From Takakia lepidozioides (taxonomy: Eukaryota > Plantae > Bryophyta): a stretch of 64,000 bases of DNA. The stretch covers positions 8,928,001-8,992,000 of the forward strand of contig CM060733.1 of assembly GCA_030704615.1 (NCBI GenBank), given 5' to 3'. The notes beneath the pieces are model-generated. The model searched no databases. It was not told where the DNA came from and saw nothing but the letters and a program-made list of their open reading frames with translations. Shown here one piece after another: positions 60,492 through 64,000 of the stretch. The translations under genes were made by a program, and so were the position numbers. Within the stretch, counting starts at the first letter, position 1. Each line of letters starts with the position of its first letter.

Positions 60492-62799
60492 TGGATCTGT
60501 TGGAGGTCAAAAATTAAATATCCACCTCTATGAAGAGATGGGATAATCAGATCTAGTTGAGAACCGGTGTTTATTTATTTATTTGTAATGTTTGTTTCGA
60601 TCTGGAACTAGTGGCCTAAAAGAGGCAGTTTATGAACCTTTATATCAGACGTTGAGAAACAGATGTTATAATCCGGATAATAGCCTATTTATAATAACCT
60701 ATAATATCAAATCCAGATAATAACCTATAAATAACGTATAATCTACTTCTAATACTTTAGAGTTTTCAAATTGGGTTATTTTTATTTCATTAAAATAAAA
60801 TTGACTTGTTTGACCAGATACTGATCCGTCAGTGGCCATCCATTTGTCAATAACTGCATGGTCTTAAAAATTTTAATTTGTCATTAACCAGATATTAAAA
60901 ACAAAGAAAGCTCCAAAACCCTGGAACCGGAGGGCGTACACACAAAGTTGAAGCTAAACATCCGTAACCGGCTGATATCAAAAAAATCAAGTAATCGCGC
61001 AACACTGGTATGAGGTACTGTTTAGGGGCAATTTCTACATTAAGTGATTGGAAAGAACATGAAGGCTCCATGCATTTGTTAATATGACTTCAAGGGCCTC
61101 TGTCCTCCTTTAATTGTTTAAGAAAAATCAATATATGCTTTTCTTGCTTTTCTGCTCGGTCTATTGTTGAGACCTGTTCCCTCTTTGAGGTGTCAAGTTC
61201 GTACGGTGTGTGTGCCTTACGGTGGTGAGCTCGGGGAATTTTTTCCCCTCATCATTCCAAACAGGCGGTTAGTTGCGTATGGCTCCTCCTTGTGAATAAC
61301 GAAATCTACTTTGATCCATAATTAACTTAAAAATTCATCCGTTTATTCTTCATAAATGGAGCCAACAAACGAGAGGAGGCGACACTTGGGGAAGGCACAA
61401 CAGGGGCTTAGCGATTTTTGACACTGATGCGCAGTCCTCCAAAGAGGAGCCAATAAAGTGCATCCTGGGCCTCTGTCCGGGGTTCTAAACGAAAAATAAA
61501 AAATAAAAAATAAAATCTCTAATCTTCTATAAGTTGTGAGAGAAAAGAAAGAAAGAGTGAATATAGGTAGAGTTGATACCAACAATGATTGAAACTAGCT
61601 GTAAATATATAACAGCCTCTGCTCTTTGCGGGTATTCCCCTTTCTGACCCTTAAGCCATGGAGGCATTCAAGGCAGAGAGACAGATGATAGGGACCCAGA
61701 CCCACAGGGCCACAGCCCTTGTTGTTCTACAATATATCTTGCTCAAGCTAAAACATATTTACTTTTGTCCTCCCAATCTTCCCGTTAGTGTAACTAAGAG
61801 CCTCTTCCCCTCGCAGGTATTGCTCCTTTTTTGGGGGGTGGGCTCTATCAAACAGGACCTACCTTGATGACCAGTTGGCCACTTCGAGTCTTGCATTTTG
61901 TGGAGGATGAAAGCTGTAAATTTGGTAGGAGTAAAATGTCTGTGGTGTTATGGGATAGTTTGAGGTTGTTTCAGAATATTAATAGTGTGGCAGCTTAGAA
62001 TGGATATTAACATTCAATTTTTATTATTCATCTTTTTTTTATTTCATATATTAGGTACTGAAAAAGTAATGTTCTTAATAGGTAAAATTATGTTTGAAGC
62101 GGCTAATAACATTGTCTAAAGCGAGTAAAATAAAATCCTTGAATAGGCAAAACAATGTGTAAGTGATTAAAAATAGTCAACATACTATAGATAAACAAGC
62201 CTCAAACGGCAATTGGCTCTCTTGCTTTGCTTTGGCACAACATAAGAGGAAGGTAAGACTAGGGAGCATGACTCAGCACAACACACCAATCAGCGCCTTG
62301 ACACGGTGTAAGGTACTTTGACCATATTTTCTCCATTGACTTGCATGTCTCCTCAAAGTCTCTCTCTACAAGAGAGCCAATATAATAGTTTCAGGTACTA
62401 AAAATAGATAACATGGAATAGATAAATAAAACTGACCCGAAATGGGTCAATGGCCCTTTTTCAACCCCCTCATCTTCCTGGATTCTTGTTTGATTGACCA
62501 AGTGGTTGCTTAGTTCATCTTTAAAACAAGCGGCTAGTTGCTCCACCCTAATCACAAAACTGAAATACTAGTACTGGCGGTCTTGATTTTCTTGAAATCA
62601 AAATAATAAAATATTTAAAACATAAAATTGGAACCTTCAACACTGACAGTAATCCCTGAGGATAATAATTAAAAATTTAATGTGAAATTTAGAATAAAAA
62701 TATTATATGTTTTCACCTCGATAGAAGATAATAATAATAACTTAAATGCAAGAAACAAAATGCGAAAAGATAAAATTGAATGTGGAATTGGAGGGATAA

Positions 62800-63100
62800 A
62801 TCTAAAGAGAACTGAATACAATGGAATTCAGGGATGAAACAAAAAGGAACTGCATAAAACTTCGAGAAAATGAATATGATAGAACTGAAGGGATAAATCT
62901 GAAGGGAACTGAAGGGATAATTTTGAAGGGAACTGAATGTGGTAGAACTGAAGGGATAAATCTGAAGGGAATTGAATCTGATAAAACTGAAAGGATAAAT
63001 CTGAAGGGAACTGAATATGATAGAATTGAAGGGATAAATCTGAAGGGAACTGAATCTGATAGAACCGAAGGGATAAATCTGAAGGGAACTGAATATAATG
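62800..63100. repeat. Minisatellite with a ~39-bp unit (AACTGAATATGATAGAACTGAAGGGATAAATCTGAAGGG)
   Basis: About six imperfect copies; these explain the repetitive ORFs 62802-63138. Confidence 0.9.
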
Positions 63101-63619
63101 AGATTAAAGCACTAACCAAGTTACGAATGAATTGGTAACAATAGATGGATGAGAATCTAGAGTATATTGAAAACGGCTATTTCTTGGGAAAGGTAGGATG
63201 TTTGATAGGTAGGTATGAACTGGGGAAGGTACATCAGGAGAAAAGAATCTATGCGTGGACTATCCTTAGGGAGGAGCCAATAAAATAAAATAAAATACTA
63301 CAAATAAGTAGCTCGACGGAAGCCTGGGCACTGCGGCTAAAGATGTCGCAATTCTCGCCACGCCAGAATCGTGCATAATGGCCTCACCCTGCCCAAATCT
63401 TGGGCCCTTGGCTTGCAGGTCGACCCCGCCTTTCGAGGGTGGCGAGGGTGGCCCATTGGAAAAGCCCTGAGCAACAAGGGGCCATGCAGAATTAGAGGTC
63501 TCGAAAGGGAGAAGATTTGGTGGAAGGATTGAACGTAATTGACCCCCTCAAAACTTGATTGACGTCCCAGTTCTCTAAACAAAAAACCCAACTGTTTCCC
63601 AACACCAGAAAATGTGCAC

Positions 63620-63720
63620 AGGGCTGTGGCCCGGTTGTAAGACGTCCTGTGCATGGCATGTGGGTCTGGGTTCAAACCACTGTGAACCGCCTTCGGGCTG
63701 GGGCTCTGCCCCTGTTTGTC
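63620..63720 (+). mobile_element. Possible tRNA-derived SINE head of a second family
   Basis: A-box-like TGGCCCGGTTG and B-box GGTTCAAACC at tRNA-like spacing. No TSD was found. Confidence 0.4.
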
Positions 63721-64000
63721 TTCATGGTCCTGAAGGGGGATTTATTCTCCCCCTGAAGGCACAGTGGTTTCTTGGAAACAAAGAAGCACAAAAAAGTGGC
63801 AGTGCAGAAAATCCCACCCCCTCCGGATCACTACAAGAGATGTATGCCAAAATGTTGTTCCAAAAAATCTGCACAATTAGGAAAAGGTGGCTAGTCACAT
63901 TATGAGGCTTGTTGATATATAATTTGTACTTAATTGACTTAGCCATTTAGGAATTTCGAATAGAATCGCTTGAATTTTTTTCCTAACTCTGCAGAGGTTG

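Noticed and set aside
62802-63138. Repetitive 105-aa ORFs on both strands
   Set aside because: Products of a 39-bp minisatellite, with no evidence of coding.

Overview
Eukaryotic nuclear DNA from a land plant, probably a bryophyte or other early-diverging lineage (inferred from the PLS-DYW PPR gene and the repeat types; the species cannot be determined here). Host genes: a 10+ exon FG-nucleoporin Nup98 (minus strand, 5843 to the window start, 3' part outside the window), a PLS-class PPR-E-DYW RNA-editing factor with two 1-bp frameshifts and a tandemly duplicated DYW tail (32.5-35.7 kb, minus), a decayed PPR paralogue (11.7-14.7 kb), and an intact 9-exon CYP85-clan cytochrome P450 with a GC-AG first intron (53240-57167). 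Most of the rest is nested mobile DNA: a Ty3/gypsy element inserted in reverse orientation into the gag of a same-family copy (TSD CAACG), a Helitron remnant carrying a Ulp1-like protease, a non-autonomous Helitron nested in a tRNA-derived SINE, a LINE with an internal inversion, an internally deleted copia, a long-TIR foldback element and a 5S-rRNA/tRNA chimera. The best candidate for an undescribed system is a decayed cassette at about 40.8-49.1 kb. It carries a methyltransferase-fold-like gene, an acidic region, two tandem FCP1/NIF-type HAD phosphatase domains and a convergent Cys-containing ORF remnant, and holds six copies of a ~26-28 bp quasi-palindrome. All calls were made by eye, with no database searches.
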